Source: an uncultured Bacteroidales bacterium (GTDB lineage Bacteria > Bacteroidota > Bacteroidia > Bacteroidales > UBA932). Taken from it: a stretch of DNA of 64,000 nt. The position numbers and the translations under genes were made by a program. The notes under the pieces are model-generated. The model was not told the DNA's origin, ran no database searches, and worked only from the letters and a program-made list of their open reading frames with translations. The DNA is taken from assembly GCA_949296645.1 (NCBI GenBank), contig CASFPH010000001.1, forward strand, positions 10,299 through 74,298. The letters are read 5' to 3'. Below, one piece after another: positions 18,887 through 27,071 of this stretch (the first letter of the stretch is position 1; every line of letters begins with the position of its first letter).

Positions 18887-19981
18887 TTATTGGAATTTGG
18901 TTTTATCTGATATGGCGAGATCCGTTATGACGGCCTTGAAAGACTTGGAGTCACGCGGACATATCATAAGCACATCCTCCGTATTCACTACCATGAAATC
19001 ATGCAGACCACTGACCGTAACCAGTTTGTTTTTCTCTTCTGACAGCACTATGGAACCGTCCACATCGGACAACATCAGGTTTTCACCCTTCAGCATGTTC
19101 CCGTTCCCGTCCTTTTCCGACTGTATGTAAAGCGAATCCCATGTGCCGAGATCAGACCATCCGAAAGAAGCCTTGAATGCCCATGCCTTGTCGGTTTTCT
19201 CCATCACACCATAGTCAATGGAAATACTCTGGCATGTCTCATATATATCAGCTATGAATGAATGTTCGCTTTCCCGGTAATAATGCGACCTTCCCTTTTC
19301 GAACAGGGATGCCACATCTGGCAGTTTGGCTTCCAACTCGGACATTATAGTCTTCACGTTCCACACAAAAATCCCTGAATTCCACAGGAACTCCCCGCTT
19401 TCCACAAGTACCCTGGCAAGTTCAAGATCCGGCTTCTCGGTAAAAGTCTTCACACTGTATGCCGTATTTCCGTTTACATTGTGAAACCTGGACATGTTGC
19501 ACTGGATATAACCGTACCCTGTCTCAGGTCTTGTAGGCTTTATTCCGAGGGTAAGAAGCACCTCATTGTCTGCAGCATATTCGAATGCACTTTCTATCGT
19601 CTCGATAAAGATATCCTCGTTGAGGATAAGATGGTCGGAAGGAGCAACCACAACTACCGCATCCGGATTGATGCTCTCTATCTTGTAGGTGGCATAAGCA
19701 ATACAGGGAGCGGTATTCCTTCTGTACGGTTCCAGAAGCACATTTGACTCCGGCACCAGGGGAAGCTGTTCGGCAACAAGATTCCTGTACGATTCTGACG
19801 TGACGACCATTATGTTCTCTACTGGAACAATCCTGCAAAAACGCTCGAAAGTCGACTGCAGAAACGTCTTACCTGTTCCCAATATGTCAAGGAACTGTTT
19901 TGGCCTGGCATTTCTGCTGATTGGCCAGAACCGGCTGCCTATTCCGCCGGCCATTATCACACAATATCTGTTCTTATCCAT
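18887..19981 (-). CDS. mannose-1-phosphate guanylyltransferase
   Basis: 364 aa with the nucleotidyltransferase N-terminus MAGGIGSRFWPISR..PKQF and a ManC-like body. Confidence 0.85.
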   Translation of the reverse strand: MDKNRYCVIMAGGIGSRFWPISRNARPKQFLDILGTGKTFLQSTFERFCRIVPVENIMVVTSESYRNLVAEQLPLVPESNVLLEPYRRNTAPCIAYATYKIESINPDAVVVVAPSDHLILNEDIFIETIESAFEYAADNEVLLTLGIKPTRPETGYGYIQCNMSRFHNVNGNTAYSVKTFTEKPDLELARVLVESGEFLWNSGIFVWNVKTIMSELEAKLPDVASLFEKGRSHYYRESEHSFIADIYETCQSISIDYGVMEKTDKAWAFKASFGWSDLGTWDSLYIQSEKDGNGNMLKGENLMLSDVDGSIVLSEEKNKLVTVSGLHDFMVVNTEDVLMICPRDSKSFKAVITDLAISDKTKFQ

Positions 19982-20011
19982 TATCCTGTAGTATATGTCT
20001 TATTAATTACT

Positions 20012-20416
20012 TCATTCTGCCGTAAATGCATTCTCAAAATAGAGTATTTCATTTATCATGCCATTTATGAACTCCACGGAGACTATGTCGAAAACAACCT
20101 CCTTAACGGTTCCGGTATATGATACGAAGGCCCTTGCGGCTGACAGCACCCTTCTGCGCTTTACCGTTCCTACCGTCTCATATGCCTTCATTCCTTTCTG
20201 ATTTTCAAGAGACCTCACCTCGATGACATGAAGTCTTTCATCATCCTCCATAAGAAGATCAAGTTCATAATGACAGCATCTCCAGTTTCTCGCCACTAGC
20301 CTCAACCCCACCACCCTTTCAAGATACACAAGCGCAGCATCCTCCGCTTTTCTGCCTTTCTCTTTCCTGCCCTTGTCCTTTCCGCCTACCGTTTTCCCGC
20401 AACACATATCCGTCAT
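20012..20416 (-). CDS. YraN-family (UPF0102) endonuclease-like protein
   Basis: 134 aa with a core GRKAEDAALVYLE..ARNWRCCHYELDLL..HVIEVRS..FDIVSV, preceded by a Lys/Gly-rich N-terminal tail. Confidence 0.75.
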   Translation of the reverse strand: MTDMCCGKTVGGKDKGRKEKGRKAEDAALVYLERVVGLRLVARNWRCCHYELDLLMEDDERLHVIEVRSLENQKGMKAYETVGTVKRRRVLSAARAFVSYTGTVKEVVFDIVSVEFINGMINEILYFENAFTAE

Positions 20417-20432
20417 TCAAAAATACAATTTA

Positions 20433-20440
20433 CAAATATA
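20433..20440 (-). promoter_or_regulatory. -7 box TATATTTG for the yraN-manC-ADI-like-pheS string
   Basis: Plus-strand CAAATATA, 16 nt upstream of the ATG at 20416. Confidence 0.35.
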
Positions 20441-20494
20441 CTGATTTATTCAGTAATGTACAAAAGCCCATATAGAAGAAAGATAGATATTTAT

Positions 20495-20527
20495 AAAAAA
20501 CGGTCCGGGCAATAGTCCCGGACCGTT
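20495..20527 (-). terminator. rho-independent terminator of the TonB-dependent receptor gene
   Basis: An 11-bp stem AACGGTCCGGG/CCCGGACCGTT, followed by a T-run on the minus strand. Confidence 0.7.
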
Positions 20528-20559
20528 CGTTTATGATATGCACGGCAAATGCCGTAACA

Positions 20560-23500
20560 TCAATTGAAAATCCACCTCAGGCTTACCTGCATCATCCATG
20601 TAGAAGAGAACGATGTACTGCTTGAGAAAGTTTCCTTAAGCACATTGTTTCCGTTCTTCTGGAACTGATATACTGGAATTCCATTTTCCGCCGTTCCTAC
20701 CTGCTTGAGAATTTCGTTCTCATTGATGTAGAACTTGTGACCCCAGTTCTTGTTGAGGAGATTGCCGACGTTGAGTATGTCAAGACCGAGCTGGAGAGTA
20801 TTCCTGTTACCGTTCTTGCATGTAACGAAGAAATCCTGGTTGATTCTTATATCGAACTGGTGAGACCACGGAGTAATGATAGCATTCCTTTCGGCATACT
20901 GACCCTTCCTGGTCTTGAGATACTTGTCGTTGTTCACATAATTCCAGAAGTCATTGCGCTGGTCTTCAGCAGAGTAAACCACTTCAGTCACACCGCCGTT
21001 CTTCTCCGTAACATCGGAAAAATAAAGTTCATCCTTAGTCTTAGGAACATATATCAGGTTCTTTCCGCCATAATCCCCTACCACTGCACTTGTATAGGTA
21101 TAGGACATTCTGCTCTGAGGACCTCCTTCATAGAAGAGACTCACCGATGTCGCGAAATTCCTTGCATATTCTTTTCTGTATGAAACGGATGCAATAAGTC
21201 TGTGAGGCATGACATACTGTGCCCAGCCGAGTTCTTCGATATTGCTTCCGTTTATTGTAGACGCACTCTGGTAAGACGAACCTACCTGATCGCCCCATCC
21301 GTCATTAAGGCTCTTGCCGTTGCTGTAGGTATAGGCGATCATTCCGCTGAGACCTTTCCAGTAAGTCTTTTCCAGTTTTGCCGTAACCGAATAATACCAT
21401 CCGTGCTCCTTGGCGTTCGTAAGAAGATAAGCGCCTTTGGTCAGACCGTTTATGGTTTCGTATTTTTCGCCCCATACAAGACGGTTGTCCGCGTATCCGG
21501 GGATTTCCGACATTTTACCAGGCTTGTATGTCACATCCTTTACGGTAGTAGGATTGATATCATAGTTGTATATACCTTCAATACTTGCAATGAAGCCTCC
21601 AGGTATCTGGAAATCGAATCCCAAAGATGACTTCCAGGTCTGAGGGAGCTTAAGCGTCTTATCCATCAGAGTACAGGTCTCGATCCTCGTAGCGGCAGGA
21701 TCACCGTCTATTCCGTTAGGATAAAGCGCATTCAGTATTTCATTCCTGTTTGCAGAAAACTCAGGTATAGTACCGTCTCCTTCCTTGAAGGCAACTGTTT
21801 TCTGAAGCACACCGCTGTCTCCTGCCTGTGCAACTATCCACACGAAAGGAATACGGCCCGTGAACCAGCCTGATCCACCTCTCATCACTATACTTCTGTC
21901 ACCCTTGATATCCCAGTTGAAGCCGATTCTCGGAGAAACCATGAACTTGGTGGAAGGAAGCGTGGAAGTATCGTATTTACCGTTGCTTCCGTTTACATCC
22001 GCAAGAGTAGCGTCAGCGACCTGCTGGTTGAAAGTATTCAGTGCAGGATAGAACGGAATCTCGAATCTTATTCCGGCCATCAGCTTGAACCTGTCGGACA
22101 GAGTCATTTCATCCTGAAGGTATATTGAGAACTGATTGAAATCGAATTCAGGATAAACCTGCGCGTAGCCGTCGGCATACGAATGGGTTATTGCAAACTG
22201 ATGAGGTTTGTCATTATAGAAATCCTCCAGTGAATCATACTGGAAATATCCTGCTCCGAATCTCTGGAATCCGTTCTTCGTATTGTCGTATTCATACTGC
22301 AGACCGAAAGTAAGATTATGCATGCCGAGAGCTGCCGTAAGTTCATCAGTAACCAGTACCGTACTTACATCGCGGAGGTTTCCGAGAGAGAACAGTTCGG
22401 TACCGAACGAAGTGTAGTATTTGCCGTCCATTCCGATATCTACAAAAGGAAGCTGGCCTCCCTCGGTTGTTCTCGGCTCATACTGATGGGAATATGTCGC
22501 ACGCAGGATGTTCGTAAGTTTTCCGCCAAGGAAAGAAGAGTTGAGCTCGGCAGCTATTGACGAGAAGTTCTTTTCCTGGAAATAACCTGAATTCTGGAAA
22601 TAAAGAGCATCCATGCTTGTCCTTGAACCGCTGAGATGGTATCTGTCCGAAAGACCGGTTGTCGAAGAACTTGGGCCCGTAGGACTCTTTGATTCAGTAT
22701 AACTGTATCTTATATTGAACCTGTGGTTTTTGTTTATGTTCCAGTCAAGACGTGCAAGGAACTTGTATGACGGGCTAAGGTTTGAATATCCCTGATAAGG
22801 TCCGGTTACATAACCGTACTTGCTTAGGTATTTGGAGAGCTCATTCATGTCCGAAGCCAGAGGACGCGCCACATTGTCGCTTCCGTCGGTATAAGGATTT
22901 TCCGCAGTAGCCGCAACCTTGGAAGGGCCCGGCTGTTCAATATATTCGCCCTCGAAGTTCACGAAGAAGAAAAGTTTGTCCTTTATTATAGGACCGCCTA
23001 CCCTCGCACCGTAAACGAGATTGGTTTGTGGAGATCTGGTAAGTTCCACGTCTCCCACCTTGTTGCCCCTGAAATTCTCATTATAGAAATAGGAATATAC
23101 CGACGCCTGGAAATCGTTGCTTCCCGAACGCGTAACGGCATTCATGGAGGCACCGAGGAAACCGCTCTGGCGAACGTCATAAGGGGTAAGGCTTACGGAA
23201 ATCTGCTCAATCGCATCGAGAGATATCGGAGAGCCGTTCGCAGGCATACTTTCACCGATACCGAAAGCATTGTTGAATGCGGCTCCGTCAACCGTAAAAT
23301 AGTTCTGACGATATGTACCGCCGCCTATCTGCGGACCGTTGCCTGAATCATACGCCTGCGGCGTAAGTTTCATAATATCGGATACACTTCTGCTTATATT
23401 CGGAAGTGTGTTTATAACCGCCCTGTCTATGGAAGTATTGGCTCCCGCCTGGTCTCCGGCAGAAGTCCTGTCCCTGTCGGCAACGACCTTTATTTCATCC

Positions 23501-23850
23501 AGGGAAACCGCCTCTTCGGTCAGTTTTGCGTTGAACACCTTGTTTTCACTCAAATTAAGGGTTATTCCCTCATACTTCACCTGACCGAAACCGAGTGAAG
23601 AGATTTCGATAATGTAAGGACCTCCCACCCTCATATTGGATATGCGGTAAAAACCCCTTGCATCCGTGGTAGAATAGAACTGCGTACCTGAAGGAGTGTG
23701 AAGTGCGCTAACCACGACACCAGGAACAGGTTCTCCTTTTTCGTCAGTTATCTTACCACTCATTGAAGATGTCGTTACCTGGGCAGTGGCTGCCGCAGCA
23801 ACGAACAAGCTGATTGTTACGAGAACAAAATGCTTAAATAATTGTTTCAT
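20560..23850 (-). CDS. TonB-dependent receptor with N-terminal CarboxypepD_reg domain (Oar-like)
   Basis: 1096 aa. Signal peptide, an Ig-like SGKITDEKGEPVPGVVV..TDARGFYRI domain, a plug, a long beta-barrel, and a C-terminal aromatic LRWIFN. No SusD-like partner is adjacent. Confidence 0.9.
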   Translation of the reverse strand: MKQLFKHFVLVTISLFVAAAATAQVTTSSMSGKITDEKGEPVPGVVVSALHTPSGTQFYSTTDARGFYRISNMRVGGPYIIEISSLGFGQVKYEGITLNLSENKVFNAKLTEEAVSLDEIKVVADRDRTSAGDQAGANTSIDRAVINTLPNISRSVSDIMKLTPQAYDSGNGPQIGGGTYRQNYFTVDGAAFNNAFGIGESMPANGSPISLDAIEQISVSLTPYDVRQSGFLGASMNAVTRSGSNDFQASVYSYFYNENFRGNKVGDVELTRSPQTNLVYGARVGGPIIKDKLFFFVNFEGEYIEQPGPSKVAATAENPYTDGSDNVARPLASDMNELSKYLSKYGYVTGPYQGYSNLSPSYKFLARLDWNINKNHRFNIRYSYTESKSPTGPSSSTTGLSDRYHLSGSRTSMDALYFQNSGYFQEKNFSSIAAELNSSFLGGKLTNILRATYSHQYEPRTTEGGQLPFVDIGMDGKYYTSFGTELFSLGNLRDVSTVLVTDELTAALGMHNLTFGLQYEYDNTKNGFQRFGAGYFQYDSLEDFYNDKPHQFAITHSYADGYAQVYPEFDFNQFSIYLQDEMTLSDRFKLMAGIRFEIPFYPALNTFNQQVADATLADVNGSNGKYDTSTLPSTKFMVSPRIGFNWDIKGDRSIVMRGGSGWFTGRIPFVWIVAQAGDSGVLQKTVAFKEGDGTIPEFSANRNEILNALYPNGIDGDPAATRIETCTLMDKTLKLPQTWKSSLGFDFQIPGGFIASIEGIYNYDINPTTVKDVTYKPGKMSEIPGYADNRLVWGEKYETINGLTKGAYLLTNAKEHGWYYSVTAKLEKTYWKGLSGMIAYTYSNGKSLNDGWGDQVGSSYQSASTINGSNIEELGWAQYVMPHRLIASVSYRKEYARNFATSVSLFYEGGPQSRMSYTYTSAVVGDYGGKNLIYVPKTKDELYFSDVTEKNGGVTEVVYSAEDQRNDFWNYVNNDKYLKTRKGQYAERNAIITPWSHQFDIRINQDFFVTCKNGNRNTLQLGLDILNVGNLLNKNWGHKFYINENEILKQVGTAENGIPVYQFQKNGNNVLKETFSSSTSFSSTWMMQVSLRWIFN

Positions 23851-23882
23851 AATGGTTTAAAATAAAGTACTAAAATCTGGGA

Positions 23883-23890
23883 CAAAAGTA
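23883..23890 (-). promoter_or_regulatory. -7 box TACTTTTG for the TonB receptor
   Basis: Plus-strand CAAAAGTA, 32 nt upstream of the ATG at 23850. Confidence 0.4.
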
Positions 23891-23982
23891 AGAAATTGTA
23901 AGCAAAAAAAGCATGAAGACGCTATAATTTAATAAAAATTTCATTTCATCGTTCTTTTTTTTGGAGAAAAGAAAATAAGACA

Positions 23983-23990
23983 TACCTTTG
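23983..23990 (+). promoter_or_regulatory. -7 box TACCTTTG for metK
   Basis: Matches TAnnTTTG and lies 167 nt upstream of the metK ATG, implying a long leader. Confidence 0.45.
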
Positions 23991-24157
23991 TGGCCGAAAG
24001 GTGGACAGATTTGACTGCTTGCAACCACGAAAAAAAATGCTAAAAGGAAACGGCCCCGCGATTCCATCGCATATCTTCTTGGCCGGCATTTCATCTGGTT
24101 ACATCTGCGGAATAATCTGACATCGTAATTCAACGAATTGACGAAAATTTAAGCATT
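23991..24157 (+). promoter_or_regulatory. long structured metK 5' leader (candidate SAM-responsive element)
   Basis: GGCCG (23992-23996) can pair with CGGCC (24051-24055), enclosing GTGG/CCAC and CAG/CTG stems. The words GCAACC and TGCTAA resemble SAM-I core words. A second GGCCG (24081-24085) offers an alternative partner. All stems are short. Confidence 0.3.
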
Positions 24158-25405
24158 ATGTACCTTTTTACATCAGAATCAGTATCAGAAGGTCATCCGG
24201 ACAAGGTTGCAGACCAGATTTCGGATGCAATACTTGACGAATTTCTCAGGCAGGACAGCAACTCCAAGGTTGCATGCGAGACTTTCGTAAGCACAGGTCT
24301 CACGGTAATAGGCGGAGAGGTCAAATCCGAAGCCTATGTAGACATCCAGAGCGTCGCAAGACGTGTAATAAACCGTATCGGCTATACCAAGGCCGAATAT
24401 ATGTTCGACGGAAATTCATGCGGGATACTTTCCGCCCTCCATGAGCAGTCGCAGGACATAAACAGAGGGGTTGAAGTCGCGGACCGCGAAGAGCAGGGAG
24501 CTGGCGACCAGGGAATGATGTTCGGATATGCATGTACTGAAACGGAAGAATTCATGCCTCTGCCTCTCACATTGTCACATATCGCCCTCATAGAACTGGC
24601 AAGAATAAGGAGGGAAGGGAAATGCATGCGCTATCTCCGCCCCGACGCCAAGTCGCAGTTCACGATAGAATATGACGATGACCATAATCCTGTAAGGATA
24701 CATACGATAGTGATTTCCACGCAGCACGACGAATTCGACACGGACGAAGCAATGCAGAGGAAAATCACTGAAGATGTGAGAAACATCCTTATTCCGGCAA
24801 TTCTCGACAGACTCCCGGAAAGGACAAAAGAACTTTTCAAGGGTGACTATATACTTCACGTGAACCCTACAGGGAAATTCGTAATAGGAGGACCTCACGG
24901 GGATACGGGACTCACGGGCAGAAAAATAATAGTCGACACATATGGAGGCAAGGGGGCCCACGGTGGCGGAGCCTTCTCTGGGAAGGACCCCAGCAAAGTG
25001 GACAGATCAGCCGCATATGCTGCAAGATACATTGCCAAGAATCTTGTTGCCGCAGGAGTAGCCAAAGAGATTCTGGTGCAGCTGGCATATGCAATCGGAG
25101 TGGCAAGGCCTGTAAGTGTATCGGTAAATACATTCGGCACGGCTGCAATCGGCATGACAGACGGCCAGATAGCTGAAAACATTGAAAAGTTCATCGATCT
25201 GAGACCGGCAGGAATTATTCGCAGATTCGAACTTCTGAATCCGATATACGAGCCAACAGCCGCATACGGGCATATGGGAAGAGATCCGTTCAGAGCGGAA
25301 GTCGAAATTTATGAGAACGGTAAGAAAACCATGCGGGAAGTCCAGTTCTTCGGCTGGGAAAAACTTGATGCCGTCGATGACATAAAAAGAATATACGGAC
25401 TTTAA
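24158..25405 (+). CDS. metK: methionine adenosyltransferase (SAM synthetase)
   Basis: 415 aa with [44 protein letters not shown] and the other MetK blocks. Confidence 0.97.
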   Translation: MYLFTSESVSEGHPDKVADQISDAILDEFLRQDSNSKVACETFVSTGLTVIGGEVKSEAYVDIQSVARRVINRIGYTKAEYMFDGNSCGILSALHEQSQDINRGVEVADREEQGAGDQGMMFGYACTETEEFMPLPLTLSHIALIELARIRREGKCMRYLRPDAKSQFTIEYDDDHNPVRIHTIVISTQHDEFDTDEAMQRKITEDVRNILIPAILDRLPERTKELFKGDYILHVNPTGKFVIGGPHGDTGLTGRKIIVDTYGGKGAHGGGAFSGKDPSKVDRSAAYAARYIAKNLVAAGVAKEILVQLAYAIGVARPVSVSVNTFGTAAIGMTDGQIAENIEKFIDLRPAGIIRRFELLNPIYEPTAAYGHMGRDPFRAEVEIYENGKKTMREVQFFGWEKLDAVDDIKRIYGL

Positions 25406-25470
25406 ATTATCCGGGAACATTTCAAAAACACATTTTTACCTGTTGGCATATCCTTTTCTCCCTACGCAGC

Positions 25471-25478
25471 TAATTTTG
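25471..25478 (+). promoter_or_regulatory. -7 box TAATTTTG for comF
   Basis: Matches TAnnTTTG. The ATG at 25480 sits too close to the box, which favours the in-frame ATG at 25501. Confidence 0.45.
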
Positions 25479-25500
25479 CATGACAAAAAGAACATGCATC

Positions 25501-26226
25501 ATGAGATGTACGGAGATAAGGAAATGTCTGAACGGTATTGGAAATGCCGTCTATGAAACTGTCGGCGTTTTCATGCCCGAAAGATGCGCCGTCTGCGGAA
25601 GGGAACTTCTTCCGGGAGAAAGAAAGATATGCATCATATGCCTCGGTGACATACCGAGAACATACTACGGCATGACCTGCAGCAATCCGGCCTGCGAAAA
25701 AATGACAGGAAGGATAAAGGCTGAAGGAGTCATGCCTTTTATGTTTTTCAGGAAGGGATCCCCGTACAACAGACTTGTATACGGGCTGAAATACAGACAA
25801 AGATATGATCTTGGAAGATTCACCGGAGAGATGATGGGCGACCTGATATTCGGCGGCGGAGAAATCAAGGAGCACATAGATTATATTGTTCCTGTCCCTA
25901 CGCACCCGTTTAGACGCATTGCGAGAGGATACAACCAGAGCCGCATGATAGCAGACGGCATAGGGAAAAAGTACGGTATTCCGGTAAAAAGCGGATATCT
26001 GAAGAGAGTACGTTTCAGGAGCTCGCAGACAGGAATCAGGGCTGAAGACAAATGGGATAACGTTTCCGGAGCTTTCGAAACCGGATACACGCTTGGGCCC
26101 TGCTCCATTCTTCTTGTTGACGATGTCCTGACCACCGGATCCACGCTTGAAGCATGTGGACTTGCGATTCTTTCAAAGGAACCGTACATAAAAATAAGAA
26201 TTGCAACTTTGGCATATGTCGAATAA
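25501..26226 (+). CDS. ComF-family phosphoribosyltransferase-like protein
   Basis: About 241 aa. N-terminal Cys-pair zinc finger CAVCG..CIICL and a C-terminal PRTase motif ILLVDDVLTTGST. Confidence 0.8.
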   Translation: MRCTEIRKCLNGIGNAVYETVGVFMPERCAVCGRELLPGERKICIICLGDIPRTYYGMTCSNPACEKMTGRIKAEGVMPFMFFRKGSPYNRLVYGLKYRQRYDLGRFTGEMMGDLIFGGGEIKEHIDYIVPVPTHPFRRIARGYNQSRMIADGIGKKYGIPVKSGYLKRVRFRSSQTGIRAEDKWDNVSGAFETGYTLGPCSILLVDDVLTTGSTLEACGLAILSKEPYIKIRIATLAYVE

Positions 26227-26267
26227 AAAGAGTATGTTTGCATTTTAATCCCACTAAGTTCCGGCAA

Positions 26268-27071
26268 ATGTTCAATGTACTAAACATCACCTTCATAGAC
26301 ATACTTGACATATTTCTGGTCGGGGTCCTCATATACCAGATATACAAACTGATAAAGGATACCCCGGCAATGAACATATTCCTCGGTATCCTTGCGCTGT
26401 ATATAATCTGGATTATAGTCAAGGCTCTCGACATGAGCCTCCTGTCAGCGATTCTTGGCCAGGTACTCGGAGTGGGAGTAATAGCTCTCATTATCCTGTT
26501 CCAGCAGGAAATAAGAAGATTCCTGCTCCACATCGGCACCAAATACATACAACACGGAAGATTTCTGAATGCAATCATGGGTAGAAATACGGACAACAAG
26601 ACTTTGGAAGGAATTGAGGAAATCGTACTGGCATGCCAGAGAATGTCGGACAGCTATACAGGAGCACTCATAGTGATAGAAAGACTCAACTCATTGCGTG
26701 AAATCGCCGAAAAGGGAGATATAATAAACGCGGATATAAACAGAAGACTGATAGAAAATATCTTTTTCAAGAACTCTCCTCTTCATGACGGAGCCATGAT
26801 AATTTCAGCAAACCGCATCCTTGCCGCGCGCTGCACGCTTCCAATAACGGACAGCACCACGATTCCGGCACATTTCGGCATGAGACACAGGGCGGCAGTA
26901 GGCCTTACGGAAAGTTGCGACGCCCTTGTCATCGTAGTTTCGGAAGAGACAGGCAGGGTATCACTCGTGCAGGACGGTGAGATAAAGGTCATGAACAGCA
27001 TCACCGAACTCCGCATTTCCCTTGAAAAAAACATATCAGCACCCGAAAATGGCAGAAAGAAAGAACAATAG
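26268..27071 (+). CDS. cdaA: diadenylate cyclase (c-di-AMP synthase), membrane-anchored
   Basis: 267 aa from the ATG at 26268. Three N-terminal TM, then a DAC domain with TGALIVIER, PLHDGAMII, GMRHRAAVGLTE and VVSEETGRVSL. The track's upstream extension overlaps comF. Confidence 0.9.
   Translation: MFNVLNITFIDILDIFLVGVLIYQIYKLIKDTPAMNIFLGILALYIIWIIVKALDMSLLSAILGQVLGVGVIALIILFQQEIRRFLLHIGTKYIQHGRFLNAIMGRNTDNKTLEGIEEIVLACQRMSDSYTGALIVIERLNSLREIAEKGDIINADINRRLIENIFFKNSPLHDGAMIISANRILAARCTLPITDSTTIPAHFGMRHRAAVGLTESCDALVIVVSEETGRVSLVQDGEIKVMNSITELRISLEKNISAPENGRKKEQ

Noticed and set aside
23870-24133. An 87-aa minus-strand ORF in the TBDR/metK intergenic region.
   Set aside because: It lies between divergent promoters and covers the putative metK leader. 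The translation is basic and hydrophobic junk with no start context.
26154-26267. An N-terminal extension of cdaA that overlaps comF by 73 nt. There are analogous TTG/GTG-initiated extensions at 4032, 8148, 9364, 27022, 34161, 35248, 43090, 48627, 53828 and 40604.
   Set aside because: In each case an in-frame ATG lies just downstream of a TAnnTTTG box or at the start of the conserved or signal-peptide region. The extensions overlap neighbouring genes or promoters.
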